64,000 nt of DNA from Candidatus Hodarchaeota archaeon. GTDB lineage: Archaea > Asgardarchaeota > Lokiarchaeia > Sigyniarchaeales > SOKP01. The stretch covers positions 1-64,000 of the forward strand of contig JBHLKM010000008.1 in the NCBI GenBank assembly GCA_048886685.1, written 5' to 3'. The position numbers and the translations under genes were made by a program. The notes beneath the pieces are model-generated. The model did not search any database and had not been told where the DNA came from. It saw nothing but the letters and a program-made list of their open reading frames with translations. Position 1 is the stretch's first letter, and every line of letters begins with the position of its first letter. Below are positions 29,831 through 40,598 of this stretch, one piece after another.

Positions 29831-31045
29831 TTATACCACATTATTTTTTTTAAAATTTTGAATTTCTTCCTCGGAATAATTAAGAGATTTCAATATTTCC
29901 TCAGTATTTTGCCCAAATTTAGGAGCAAAACTTCTGATTGTAGCTGGTGTCTTAGATAGTTTAATTGGAGAAGCAAGGTTTTGAACTTTCCCTAAAATAG
30001 GATGGTCCATCTTCACAATCATGTTTCTAGCGATTATTTGTGGATCCTCGCACGCTTCCCAGAAATTTTTAACAGGTGATATACAGGTATCATAATTTTC
30101 GAAAATTTCAAGCCATTCTGCTTGCGTTTTTTGTAAAAATTCAGTTTTCACTTCATTGATAACTCTTTCATTCTCTTCCTTCTGTACGAATTGCTTTCCT
30201 TTCAAATCTTTTCTTCCCAATCCTTCACAGAGAGCATGCCAAAACTTTGGCTCAATTGCTCCAACAGCTAGATATTTGTTATCTTTTGTTCTATAAACAC
30301 CATAGTAAGGTGATCCAGTGCCCCTTCCTGAGTTCCACCCTTTTTTTCCACTTAAATCACTCACAAATTTATTTGCAGCTACAATTGGCTGGAAGAAGAA
30401 GGTAGCATCTGTCATAGATATATCTACAAATTGACCTCTTCTTTCAGGGTTTTGTTCTCTCTCAAAGAGAGCACCAAGTATACCTATAGCCGCAACTAAT
30501 GCCCCACCAATATCTGCAGGGGAAAGTCCCGGAACTAACGGTGGTCTCTCTTGATCTTCCTTCCCAAAAATTTTTCTTTCTCTAGTAGCTTCTAATATCC
30601 CACTGATTCCTATATAATTGATATCATGACCTGCTTTTTGTTCATAAGGTCCATATTGACCATAACCCGTCATCGAACAACAGATTATTGAGGGATTAAT
30701 TGATGATAATGTGTTATAATCAATCTTTAACTTTTCCATGACTTTAGGTCGAAAAGTATCCATAACAACATCTGCTTTTTTAACTAATTTGTAGAATATC
30801 TTCCTGGCTTCATCAGTTTTTAAATTTAATGTTAATGATTTCTTATTTCTCATGAGAACTGCGTTAAAAGCACTCTCGTAATAGTTACCCTTCTTAAAGA
30901 AAGGTGGCAAATTACGCATAGGATCGCTTGGGTTTTCTACACGAATAACATTTGCTCCAAGATCTGATAGGATCATAGTACAATAGGGACCAGGAAGCAT
31001 TCGCGACAAATCTAAAATAGTTATGCTTTCTAAAGGTAATGTCAT
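29831..31045 (-). CDS. Family III CoA-transferase (CaiB/BaiF), alpha-methylacyl-CoA racemase-like
   Basis: LDLSRMLPGP, RNKKS, AGHDINY, PADIGG, YGVYRTKDNKYLAVGAIEPKFW. Confidence 0.88.
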   Translation of the reverse strand: MTLPLESITILDLSRMLPGPYCTMILSDLGANVIRVENPSDPMRNLPPFFKKGNYYESAFNAVLMRNKKSLTLNLKTDEARKIFYKLVKKADVVMDTFRPKVMEKLKIDYNTLSSINPSIICCSMTGYGQYGPYEQKAGHDINYIGISGILEATRERKIFGKEDQERPPLVPGLSPADIGGALVAAIGILGALFEREQNPERRGQFVDISMTDATFFFQPIVAANKFVSDLSGKKGWNSGRGTGSPYYGVYRTKDNKYLAVGAIEPKFWHALCEGLGRKDLKGKQFVQKEENERVINEVKTEFLQKTQAEWLEIFENYDTCISPVKNFWEACEDPQIIARNMIVKMDHPILGKVQNLASPIKLSKTPATIRSFAPKFGQNTEEILKSLNYSEEEIQNFKKNNVV

Positions 31046-31385
31046 ACATACTCAAATTTTTTGATTAATTTTTATTTTATGATCTATTCTCTGAAAAAAA
31101 AACCAATAAACTCGAGGTAAAAATTACTCCGATTTTTTAGTCCGATAATCTCCACATTTACCATCCCGATCAGAAAAAGTTTTAGTCAATCTCCATTCAG
31201 AAAACATTTGTCTAATAAAGTCTTCAGTGGTTTTGGTATAATGTGCAAGAGAAACAAAAGGATGTCCAGCACGGACTTATATATTTCCATACTTTAATAC
31301 CAAAAATATTTTTGTCGAGAAGAAAGCTAACAAGAATATAACTATTATGACAAAATTAAAAGAGGGAATTATAATAAAATTAGCT

Positions 31386-33050
31386 TTATTTTTTTACTTC
31401 ATACCCGGCTTTTTCCCTATCATAAGTTGTTTCTGTTACTCCTTCATCTTTAAGGATTTGCTTTAAAGTTCTATGTACTTCACTTTTAGGGAGCGCATCA
31501 ATGAAATTGACAAATCTTGGTATCATAAAATAAGCCATTTTCCCCTGACAATAATCAAGAAGCTCTTCAGGTGTCATTTCCTCACCAGGTTTAAGTACGA
31601 CTGAAACCATTACCTCGTCTTCAGCCACTTCTGAAGTTTGAACCGCGTAGGCAGCAGATTCTAGCACTTTGTCGTTCTGATTTATTACACGCTCGATTGA
31701 CCACGGTGAAATATTCTCACCCCTTCGCCTAATAGAATCCTTTTTTCTATCTACAAAGTAAAACCAGCCATCGGCATCTTTTGTTGCTAGATCTCCCGTG
31801 TGAAACCATAAATTTCCGTCTTTTGCTTTACGAATTTTTTCTTTAGTAGAAGTTTCGTCTTTATAGTACGTAACCTTCCGCATTTCTAGCTCACCTCTAT
31901 TTACTAAAAAAACCAATTCTCCTACTTCATCAGGCCCTAATAAATTTCCTTCCTCATCCATAATACCTGCTTTAGTACCTCCTAAAGGTTTACCCATTGA
32001 GCCTACAGGAACATCCTTTTGGAAAAAAGGACCAAGTAAGTACCCACCTCCATCAACTGCGCCATAAAATTCATTTATCTCTATATTGAAACGCTTCTCA
32101 AATGGTATAACTAATTCTTTAGGACACGCAGCTGAAATTATCAATTTAACATCATTTTCACCATCATTAGGACGCTCTGGTTGTTTTAATAAAAATTGTG
32201 GCATGGCACCTAATAAGTTAAAGGACGTAACCTTGTATTTTCTGCATATATCCCAATGTCGGCTCGCACTAAATCTTTTAGAAATGACTACAGGAGTTTC
32301 TGTCATATATCCCGGCATTGTTGTTATTTGGAGAGCATTTCCGTGAAATAATGGTAAACATGTGAATAATACATTATCTCCACCTCCAAGAAATATTCTT
32401 ACTAAACCAGCGGATGTTTGTAGAGCATTTCCTGCAAGTGTGCGATTATAAATAAATGTAGTAGCTTTTGGAGGTCCTGTAGTACCTGAAGTATACATGA
32501 GATAACATTTTTCTTTAAAATCAATTTCGGCTTCAATATCATCATCAGGTGATTTCATAAGTTCTTGAAATGAAATCATGCCATCTGGAAGCTTAAAGTC
32601 TGCCGGTGCTTCATTTATTTCCACTATAACATGCTTAATTTTGGGTAATTGATCTTTAATGTCCAAGTAAGCATCAATCATACTCCAATGTATCATTAAA
32701 ATCTCTGAATCACTATGATCAATAACATATTGTAATGTTATCCCCCTTAAAGCAGTATTAATTAACACAGCATACCCTCCAAGTTTCCATGTCGCAAATA
32801 AAGTAAATAAAAATTCGGGAGAATTAATTTCCATTAATGAAAGACCAACTCCTGGTTTCAATCCAAATTTTGATAATCCATTTGCCAACCGATTTGAATA
32901 TACATGCATATCTCGATATGTATATTTTTCATCGATTCCTTTATCAAAATCCCGAACATAAGTTAAAAATACCTTGTCGCCTACAGTATCAGCTTTATTT
33001 TTCACAACATCATTAAATGTTGTTGTTGCTGTTATTTTAAAATCAGACAT
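31386..33050 (-). CDS. ATP-dependent acyl-CoA ligase (CaiC/FATP-like)
   Basis: YTSGTTGPPK, LPLFHGNA, RFSASRHW, FHTGD, DRKKDSIRRRGENIS. Confidence 0.9.
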   Translation of the reverse strand: MSDFKITATTTFNDVVKNKADTVGDKVFLTYVRDFDKGIDEKYTYRDMHVYSNRLANGLSKFGLKPGVGLSLMEINSPEFLFTLFATWKLGGYAVLINTALRGITLQYVIDHSDSEILMIHWSMIDAYLDIKDQLPKIKHVIVEINEAPADFKLPDGMISFQELMKSPDDDIEAEIDFKEKCYLMYTSGTTGPPKATTFIYNRTLAGNALQTSAGLVRIFLGGGDNVLFTCLPLFHGNALQITTMPGYMTETPVVISKRFSASRHWDICRKYKVTSFNLLGAMPQFLLKQPERPNDGENDVKLIISAACPKELVIPFEKRFNIEINEFYGAVDGGGYLLGPFFQKDVPVGSMGKPLGGTKAGIMDEEGNLLGPDEVGELVFLVNRGELEMRKVTYYKDETSTKEKIRKAKDGNLWFHTGDLATKDADGWFYFVDRKKDSIRRRGENISPWSIERVINQNDKVLESAAYAVQTSEVAEDEVMVSVVLKPGEEMTPEELLDYCQGKMAYFMIPRFVNFIDALPKSEVHRTLKQILKDEGVTETTYDREKAGYEVKK

Positions 33051-33308
33051 TATTTTCACCCTTTCAATTTTCAAACTTTTCTTATAAGAGATTGTTATAT
33101 TTACTTTAAATAAAAAAATAATAAAAATCTATTTAATAAAAAATTATCTTTTTAATTCATAGTATTTTTCTGGTATTTACAGAATAGTCATGTGAATTTT
33201 TAATCTAAAAAACTGTTAATCTCGCTCACAACAAGATTAACCAATAAGATTGGTATAATTTTATATCTGGAAAAAATTTTTAAAAAAAAGATTAAAATCC
33301 TATTACGT

Positions 33309-35018
33309 TTATCTCTTTATTTCATAACCTGCTTTTTCACGATCATAAGTTGTTTCGACTACTCCACGTTCTTTAAGAAACCTCTTCATTATTCTATGAA
33401 CTTTCGACTTTGGCAACTCATCTACAAAATCTATGAATCGTGGTATTTGGAAATAAGCGAGTTTATCTTGGAGGTAATCTAACAACTCTTCAGGAGTCAT
33501 CGTCTCATTGGGTTGTAATACTACAGCAACCATAACCTCATCTTCGGCATAATCCTCTCCAACTTGATGACCTTTTATACCATAGGCAGCAGATTCCAAT
33601 ACCTTATCATGACCATTAATCGCGCGTTCTACAGTCCAAGCTGCTATGTTTTCTCCACGGCGTCGAATCGAATCTTTCTTTCGATCCACAAAAAAGAACC
33701 AGCCATTTTCATCCTTAGTTGCTAAATCTCCTGTGAGAAACCAAGACCTACCATCGGGAGCTGTTTGGATCCGCGCTGCGGATGCTTCTGGATTTTTATA
33801 GTAAGTTACTTTTCTCATTTCTTTTTCTTTTTCTTTGACAAAAAATACCAATTCCCCAATCTCATTAGGCTCTAAGATATTTAAATCATCGTCCATAATT
33901 TCTGCTATAGCACCTGATATCGGTTTTCCCATTGAACCTACAGGAGCGTCAGGATTACCCTCAGTACTTAAACTAAAATTACTACCATCAACTGCTCCAT
34001 AGCCTTCATGCAATTTTACATTGAACCGTTCCTCGAAATCCCTAACAAGTTCTTTTGGAGCAGCAGCAGAAGAAACTACACGTACTTTATGAGCTTTATC
34101 ATTTAGACGTTCTGGTTGCTTCATAAGATACTGTGGCATTGAGCCTAAAGTGTTAAAAGTTGTAACTTCATATTTTCGTATTATATCCCAAAATCTAGAT
34201 GCTGAAAATCTTTTAGAAAGTACTACAGGGATTTCAGCATAATATCCAGGCATAGTGCATAATTGAAGGGCATTTCCATGAAATAATGGTAAACATGTAT
34301 ATAATTTAGCTCCTGGTTCTTTCCATCTAAGGGCCCATAGAAGTACACCAAGGAGTGCTTCTCCATATACACTTCTCTGAAAAAATGTCGTTGCTTTTGG
34401 CAAACCTGTAGTTCCAGATGTATACATTAATGTTAACATGTCATCTGGTCTTATATCTACTTTAGGATCATCTTCTGACTCATCTTTCATTAATTTCTGA
34501 AGAGATAAAATGCCTTCAGGTAATTTAAAATCAGCTGGAGCTTCATTGGTATCTACAATAACATGCTTAATTTTTGGTAACTGATCTTTTATATTTAAAT
34601 AATTCTCTATTAAAGTCCAATGTAGTACCAATGTTTTACTATCACTATGATCAATGATATATTGCAATCCCTCTCCTTTTAATCCTGTATTCACCAATAC
34701 TACATAATTCCCTATTTTCCATGCGCCAAACAATACAAATAAAAATTCGGGACTATTAATTTGATAAAGAGAAAGGCCTTCACCTCGATTTATTCCTATT
34801 TTTTGTAGGGCGTTTGAAAAACGATTGGATTTTAAGTACATATCTCTATAAGTATATTTTTCATCAATTCCCTTATCAAAATCTCTAATAAATGTTAGGA
34901 AAACTTTATCGCCGGCAACCTCTGCTTTTCGTTTTACAAGGTCAGCAAAAGTGGAGGTGGGGGTAATATTATTCCTTTCTCTTAAATTTTTCCTGAGTGT
35001 TTCAATCGGTATTGACAT
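33309..35018 (-). CDS. ATP-dependent acyl-CoA ligase (CaiC/FATP-like), paralog
   Basis: YTSGTTGLPK, LPLFHGNA, RFSASRFW, DRKKDSIRRRGENIA. Confidence 0.9.
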   Translation of the reverse strand: MSIPIETLRKNLRERNNITPTSTFADLVKRKAEVAGDKVFLTFIRDFDKGIDEKYTYRDMYLKSNRFSNALQKIGINRGEGLSLYQINSPEFLFVLFGAWKIGNYVVLVNTGLKGEGLQYIIDHSDSKTLVLHWTLIENYLNIKDQLPKIKHVIVDTNEAPADFKLPEGILSLQKLMKDESEDDPKVDIRPDDMLTLMYTSGTTGLPKATTFFQRSVYGEALLGVLLWALRWKEPGAKLYTCLPLFHGNALQLCTMPGYYAEIPVVLSKRFSASRFWDIIRKYEVTTFNTLGSMPQYLMKQPERLNDKAHKVRVVSSAAAPKELVRDFEERFNVKLHEGYGAVDGSNFSLSTEGNPDAPVGSMGKPISGAIAEIMDDDLNILEPNEIGELVFFVKEKEKEMRKVTYYKNPEASAARIQTAPDGRSWFLTGDLATKDENGWFFFVDRKKDSIRRRGENIAAWTVERAINGHDKVLESAAYGIKGHQVGEDYAEDEVMVAVVLQPNETMTPEELLDYLQDKLAYFQIPRFIDFVDELPKSKVHRIMKRFLKERGVVETTYDREKAGYEIKR

Positions 35019-35172
35019 AATTTTTTAATAACTAGCAGTAATATTACTTTTAAAAATAGTGTAAAATATAATAAATTGATGATTTGCCATACATTAATAT
35101 GACTTGTTTTATTCCCCTTTTATCTTTCTGAGATCTAAACCAATTTTATTTGTATTTTATTTTTTTGAAGTT

Positions 35173-35658
35173 TTAACATCGATTCCAATATTCTTTCAAA
35201 CGTACTGATACAGACTGTGAAGTAGAAAATATTTTACCTAATGAGTGGATATATATTGGGTCTATCCTTTTTATGAGCAAAATTTTATCAAAATCTATAT
35301 CATGACAATAAATCTCTTGAATTTTGTTTTCTGGTAAACTTGCCACAATTAAGGAGCCCCTTCCTCCAGTTCCATATTGTTCAGCGATCTCAAATCCACG
35401 TAAGATTGAAGATGTAGAAATATCGAGTACATTGATATTTTTCGAGTCAAAAATGGCAATTAACCTTTTTTTAACCTCAACCTCTTTATAGTTAAATGCT
35501 TTAACTAAGGCATGAAAACATTCCATGAATACTATTGATGGGATGCTCACGAGTTCTTTTCCATTAACTATATTTATTAAAAGTCCTTTACAAGGTAAAT
35601 GTTCAGTAAGATCTTTATTTAAAGCATACACAAGGATGTTCGAATCAATTCCCCTCAT
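35173..35658 (-). CDS. vapC: PIN-domain (VapC-like) toxin, possibly degenerate
   Basis: IDSNILVY, FMEC, HDIDFD, RIDP; ATGA overlap with the upstream small ORF. Confidence 0.8.
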   Translation of the reverse strand: MRGIDSNILVYALNKDLTEHLPCKGLLINIVNGKELVSIPSIVFMECFHALVKAFNYKEVEVKKRLIAIFDSKNINVLDISTSSILRGFEIAEQYGTGGRGSLIVASLPENKIQEIYCHDIDFDKILLIKRIDPIYIHSLGKIFSTSQSVSVRLKEYWNRC

Positions 35659-35870
35659 GATTTCCACATACTCTTGCTTGCTTTTATTACATCTACGTTT
35701 TTTAAACCATCCGATAATGGAGTCTCTAAAATTTTCAGAATCTTATCTTTATTATCCATCTTTTTTCTAAGATCATGACAGAAAATAACGTAATCACCAA
35801 TTTTCATATTGAGACGATCTGCTTCTTTTTTGATCTCCCACCATTTATCATTTTGAGGGAATTTTTTCAC
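35655..35870 (-). CDS. Putative VapB antitoxin
   Basis: 71-aa ORF whose TGA overlaps the PIN gene ATG. Confidence 0.6.
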   Translation of the reverse strand: MKKFPQNDKWWEIKKEADRLNMKIGDYVIFCHDLRKKMDNKDKILKILETPLSDGLKNVDVIKASKSMWKS

Positions 35871-35980
35871 AAAAAATATAGGATTTTTTAAGAATTCTAT
35901 AAAGTTTAAAATATTGCTAATTTAATATTTTATAACTTAATATTTTAGTCAATATAAGAAATTAATAGAGAGTATAAATT

Positions 35981-37033
35981 ATGCCATGGGAAAATGTAGA
36001 ACATATTTTGCGACCCAATATGGATGAAATTCATATGGGTGTTATGAAAGTAGATGAAGATAAATGTAATAAATGTGGATTATGCATGGATAACTGCCCA
36101 TTTCGATGTTGGGAAAAAAATGAGGAAGATTTTCCTGTAATGAAGGAGGATTATGCTTGTTTCAGTTGTTATAACTGCAAAGTAGCCTGTCCAAATGATG
36201 CTGTCAATATAATAGATAGTTACCATGTAGATGATGGATTCTGGAAGACTGAACCTCATCCTCTACCTGCTAAATTGCCACTTGAGGCAAAAGATGAGGA
36301 AGGAAATCCAAAAGAATGGAATGAAATTGAAAAAGCGGTTTTTACTCGTCGAAGCGTAAGAAATTATAAGGATAAACCTATACCAGAGACGTTGATTCAG
36401 AGAGTTCTGGAAGCCGGAAGATTTGCCCCAAGTGCTGGAAATTGTCAACCTTGGAGATTCATTGTTATCACTGATAAAGCATTACTTGCTGAAATTGACA
36501 AAACAACTAAGAATTTACTAGCGAATTTATATAATATGTATGTAAATGATAAAACAGTAAAGGGATTAGCATCTATGGTAGAGGGTCCTCCATTCAGTGT
36601 TGCAGCATTTGATCCTCGGGTTATGCTTGGAGGTTTTGGTGTAATGGCTAAACATAAAGAACTTTATCCAAGTATGGATGCACCTGCTGTGATATTATTA
36701 CTCGCTGACGAAAGATCTATAGGAAGTGCTGAATTAAATATTGGTATATGCGGACAGAATATGAATTTAGTCGCAAATTCTTTAGGAATAAAAGCCTGTT
36801 GGAATGGATTTATTGCTGCGGGTATTAATTTTTTCCAACCAATAAAGAAAAAATTAGGTATTAAAAAACCCTGGTCTGTAGCTAGTTCATTATGTCTTGG
36901 TTACCCGAGATTTAAACAAGAAGGGATGGTACCACGTGAATTCAGACCAGTAACTTGGTTTAGAGAAGGTGCAGAGGGTCCTGAAATACAAGAAGAGGCA
37001 AGTATTCCACAAGCAGGAAAACAAGAGGTATAA
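35981..37033 (+). CDS. Nitroreductase family protein with an N-terminal 2x[4Fe-4S] domain
   Basis: CNKCGLCMDNCP, CFSCYNCKVACP; RRSVRNY, APSAGNCQPWRF, LGYP. Confidence 0.92.
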   Translation: MPWENVEHILRPNMDEIHMGVMKVDEDKCNKCGLCMDNCPFRCWEKNEEDFPVMKEDYACFSCYNCKVACPNDAVNIIDSYHVDDGFWKTEPHPLPAKLPLEAKDEEGNPKEWNEIEKAVFTRRSVRNYKDKPIPETLIQRVLEAGRFAPSAGNCQPWRFIVITDKALLAEIDKTTKNLLANLYNMYVNDKTVKGLASMVEGPPFSVAAFDPRVMLGGFGVMAKHKELYPSMDAPAVILLLADERSIGSAELNIGICGQNMNLVANSLGIKACWNGFIAAGINFFQPIKKKLGIKKPWSVASSLCLGYPRFKQEGMVPREFRPVTWFREGAEGPEIQEEASIPQAGKQEV

Positions 37034-37075
37034 AGGAAAATTATAAAAGAAAATAAAAAAAAAATACAATTTTAT

Positions 37076-38305
37076 TTAAGAAAGAGATTCTAAAATTAAC
37101 TCAACTAAATCAGTCATCTTAAGATTTGAATTTAGTTCTTGTATAGCATCAGAAAGATTTCGATAACAGAAGGGACAAGTGCTAACTAGATAATCTGCAC
37201 CTGTTTCTTCAGCTTCTTTAACCCTATTTTTAGCCAAATCCATAGATAATTCTGGAAATCCTTTTCTCACTCCACCTCCAGCTCCACAGCACATTGCCCC
37301 TATACGATTCGTTTTCATCTCTGTTAAATTTGAAATTTTCTTTAATATATCTCTTGGTTCTTCATATAAACCCATATGTCTTCCGATATGACAAGGATCA
37401 TGGTATGTGGTTTTTATATCCAAGTTTTTTAGCTTTACATCTTTTTCTGCTACAATTTTGTTTAAAAATTCCACTGAATGGAGTATCTTGATGCCTTCTA
37501 ATCTATCTCCATAATCCTTTTTAAATGTTCTATAACAACCAGCACAACTTGTGACAATTGTTTTTATTCCTCTATCGTTAAAAAACCTAACATTCTCTTC
37601 TACAACTTTTTCAAATGACTTTCTATCTCCAGTTCGCATAGCTACACTCCCGCAACAAACTTCATGTTCTCCAAAAACTGAAAAATCTATACCCAATTTA
37701 TCAAATATTTTTGCGGTAGCTATTGCAACACGATGGATTAGAGGTGTTAAAGCCGAGGTACATCCAACGAAGTAAAGGGATTCAGCATCTTCTTTGCTTG
37801 CATCTTTAACTTTAAAATCTAGTTCTTTAGTCCAGTCAATTTTGTCTTTATTATCTCGTTCATATGGATTCAATAATTCAAACATTGCTTTATTCATAGG
37901 AACTTGAGACTCAATTGGATATCCAGCTTCAACTAAGTCAGCTCTTAGGGCTTCATATACATTGACATGGTCCATAATTGTCTTCATGGGAAAATCAAAA
38001 TTCTCATTTTGAGAGTTAAAACATAATTCTTCACAGAGTCCGCAAAGTGTACACTGAAATATTAGATTGCTTATTTCTTGGCTTAGTTTTAAATCTCCCC
38101 TAAAAAGTCCTTTTAGAATAACATTTTTACCTCGAGGGTTAAATGGTTCAAATTTTGGCACAATATCTGATTTATACACAGGACAACTATAAAAAATTCC
38201 TTTTGATGGCCAATTAGCAACTCGACATTGTCCACATTGAGCACATGCTATGGCTGCATCTTCAAACACGCTTAAATTCTTTAAACCTTTTTTTATTTCA
38301 GTCAT
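37076..38305 (-). CDS. (Fe-S)-binding CCG-domain protein (GlcF/HdrD-like)
   Basis: CAQCGQC, CTLCGLCEELC, VCCG, CAGC, HDPCH, CCGAGGG, CPFC. Confidence 0.9.
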   Translation of the reverse strand: MTEIKKGLKNLSVFEDAAIACAQCGQCRVANWPSKGIFYSCPVYKSDIVPKFEPFNPRGKNVILKGLFRGDLKLSQEISNLIFQCTLCGLCEELCFNSQNENFDFPMKTIMDHVNVYEALRADLVEAGYPIESQVPMNKAMFELLNPYERDNKDKIDWTKELDFKVKDASKEDAESLYFVGCTSALTPLIHRVAIATAKIFDKLGIDFSVFGEHEVCCGSVAMRTGDRKSFEKVVEENVRFFNDRGIKTIVTSCAGCYRTFKKDYGDRLEGIKILHSVEFLNKIVAEKDVKLKNLDIKTTYHDPCHIGRHMGLYEEPRDILKKISNLTEMKTNRIGAMCCGAGGGVRKGFPELSMDLAKNRVKEAEETGADYLVSTCPFCYRNLSDAIQELNSNLKMTDLVELILESLS

Positions 38306-38317
38306 TTTTAACACCTT

Positions 38318-39829
38318 TTAATAGTTTTCAGTTAGATAAAATTTGCCAGGAGATAGAATTCCGTTAGGGTCAAGCGCTTTCTTTATGGTAATCATGAAGT
38401 TGTAATATTCTTCTGATAATGCTCCTGAATCAACTAAGCTTCTTCCTATAATTTCACCCATCCAGTAGTGTACTGCCCCTAACTCTTTTATCTGAGTAAT
38501 TAAAAAGTCTTTCCATAATTCTATTTGAGCCTCTCTGTGTTCTACACTGCTTAAAACACCAGCCCCACCCGCAACATCAATATATGTTGGATTAACTCCA
38601 AATGCTACGAATTCCGCACCGCCGCCTATCCCTCCCATTTCTGCCATTTTTGCAAAATTACGTTTAATCCAATTATCATACATTATTCTGTACTCTGGTA
38701 ATTGATACGTAGGGCATTTCACACATCCCCCCATACCAAATAAATATCCTCCCGCCCAACTGTGATTAGACCACTGCCACCTTCCATCTTCTTCATAAAA
38801 CCACTTTCCAATATTACCTTCTTCCACAGTAGGACCTAATTTCTCAAATTCTGCATCTTGAGCAATTTTTTCGATTCTTTCCACATTATAGTCTAATTGT
38901 TTTTGAGTATCTGCGACCGTAGTATAAAATAAAGTCGCACCTCTAACTTTTGCATCAATTAAAGGCTTGGCAATTTTTTGTCCTTTTAGTGAGTTTACAG
39001 TAGATTGAGTATAATAAAAGAAATCGTGCAACGGTAATTTATCATGTTGCCATTTGATCATTACCTTCGAAGCTCGTTCTGGTGGAGTCATTTCCTTGGT
39101 TCTTTTAATTACATATGTTGCATATCCTGCATATTCTGGAAGAGAATATATATTCAAAGAGGCTTTTGTCTTTATTCCATGTATTCCAACATCACCTAAA
39201 AATATGCCAGAATAGTCAGCTCCTAACCCAAACCTAGTAAAAGGTTTATCACGAAACGTATTAGCCTTTGCCCCTGTATAAATTATCTCTCCTGTAGGTA
39301 GGACAACCTCTAATCCTACACATTGTTCAGTTACGGCTCCATACATAGCAGCACCCCCACCCCCTACTGTATTATTTGAAAGTCCACCCCCAATAGTTGC
39401 AGAGAATCCAGAAGCAGGACCAGTCGATCCTGTATAATATCCGATTCCTACATTGCTTAATTGCTCACATAATTCACTCCAAGAGATCCCAACTTCAACA
39501 GTGACAATTCGGTTTTCTTCATCAATATCTAATATTTTATTCATACGAGTAACATCTAGAACAATTCCCCCATCGCCAATTGGTTTTGCACCCCCTGTTA
39601 AATCTGCACCATTCCCTCTGGGGATTATCTTTGTCCCGTATTTATTTGCAACTTTTAGGATTTCAGAAATTTCCTCTACAGTTATTGGTTTTACAACAAT
39701 ATCTGGGATGCCTTGTAATGTAAAATCACAATTCATTGAATAAGAATAACAAACTGGTTCAGAATCAGAAACGTATTTAGTACCTACGATGTTTTCTATT
39801 TCTTCATACACATTTTGAGTTTCATTCAT
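38318..39829 (-). CDS. FAD-binding oxidoreductase (VAO/PCMH/GlcD family)
   Basis: PRGNGADLTGG, RMNKIL, ATIGG, GLEVVLPTG, DPNGILSPGK; operon with the Fe-S subunit. Confidence 0.9.
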   Translation of the reverse strand: MNETQNVYEEIENIVGTKYVSDSEPVCYSYSMNCDFTLQGIPDIVVKPITVEEISEILKVANKYGTKIIPRGNGADLTGGAKPIGDGGIVLDVTRMNKILDIDEENRIVTVEVGISWSELCEQLSNVGIGYYTGSTGPASGFSATIGGGLSNNTVGGGGAAMYGAVTEQCVGLEVVLPTGEIIYTGAKANTFRDKPFTRFGLGADYSGIFLGDVGIHGIKTKASLNIYSLPEYAGYATYVIKRTKEMTPPERASKVMIKWQHDKLPLHDFFYYTQSTVNSLKGQKIAKPLIDAKVRGATLFYTTVADTQKQLDYNVERIEKIAQDAEFEKLGPTVEEGNIGKWFYEEDGRWQWSNHSWAGGYLFGMGGCVKCPTYQLPEYRIMYDNWIKRNFAKMAEMGGIGGGAEFVAFGVNPTYIDVAGGAGVLSSVEHREAQIELWKDFLITQIKELGAVHYWMGEIIGRSLVDSGALSEEYYNFMITIKKALDPNGILSPGKFYLTENY

Positions 39830-40050
39830 AATTTATCAATTGTTCACAATCTATTTAATAATTTTTTCAAAATTTTGATAACAAAAAAAGAAGAAAACTT
39901 ATTATTTATTTTTTATATTTTAAAATAGTTGAATAGTTCAATTAAGGGTGATTTTAAAACAAAATTTTATAAATATTAAAACTCAATTATAAAACGGAAT
40001 CTAAAAAATAAATTATAAAATTCATAAAAACAGAATATTTAGGAGTTGTA

Positions 40051-40491
40051 ATGAAAATGGTTGATATGAATTTGGCAAATGAAGTTAGAGAAATGAATGA
40101 AAGTAAGACTATGATGGATGATCCAAAGAATGTTCTTAAATTAATGGAACTTGTGAAGCAAGTAGCAGCTGAAGATGAGGAATTAAAAGAAGAATTAGAG
40201 GATATGGATAAAATTGTTGGACAGATGGTCGTTACAGACAAAGATTTCTCGTGGTGGCTTGCCGCTGGTGAAAGTGCTTTTGATTACGGTGAAGGACAGA
40301 CAGATGATCCTAACTTTACAATGAAAGCTAATTGGGAAACATTAGGGGGAATAATGTCTGGAGATATTGATGGTACTTCCGCCTATATGTCAGGAGATCT
40401 AGTTATTGAAGGGAATCTCCAAGATGTAATGGGTTATGCCGAGTTTATGCGAATAGCTGTTGAGGCTATGGAAAGACTTGCTGATGGATAA
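40051..40491 (+). CDS. SCP2 sterol/lipid-binding domain protein
   Basis: DPNFTM...IMSGDIDGTSAYMSGDLVIEGN pattern. Confidence 0.85.
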   Translation: MKMVDMNLANEVREMNESKTMMDDPKNVLKLMELVKQVAAEDEELKEELEDMDKIVGQMVVTDKDFSWWLAAGESAFDYGEGQTDDPNFTMKANWETLGGIMSGDIDGTSAYMSGDLVIEGNLQDVMGYAEFMRIAVEAMERLADG

Positions 40492-40598
40492 TCCGATTAA
40501 GTAAAATATAATAATTATATTTAATTTCTTTTTTTTTTTATAAAAGCGAAACTGATAATAATATAGCATTATTTTCTTGTATTAATTAGTTTAATTAA

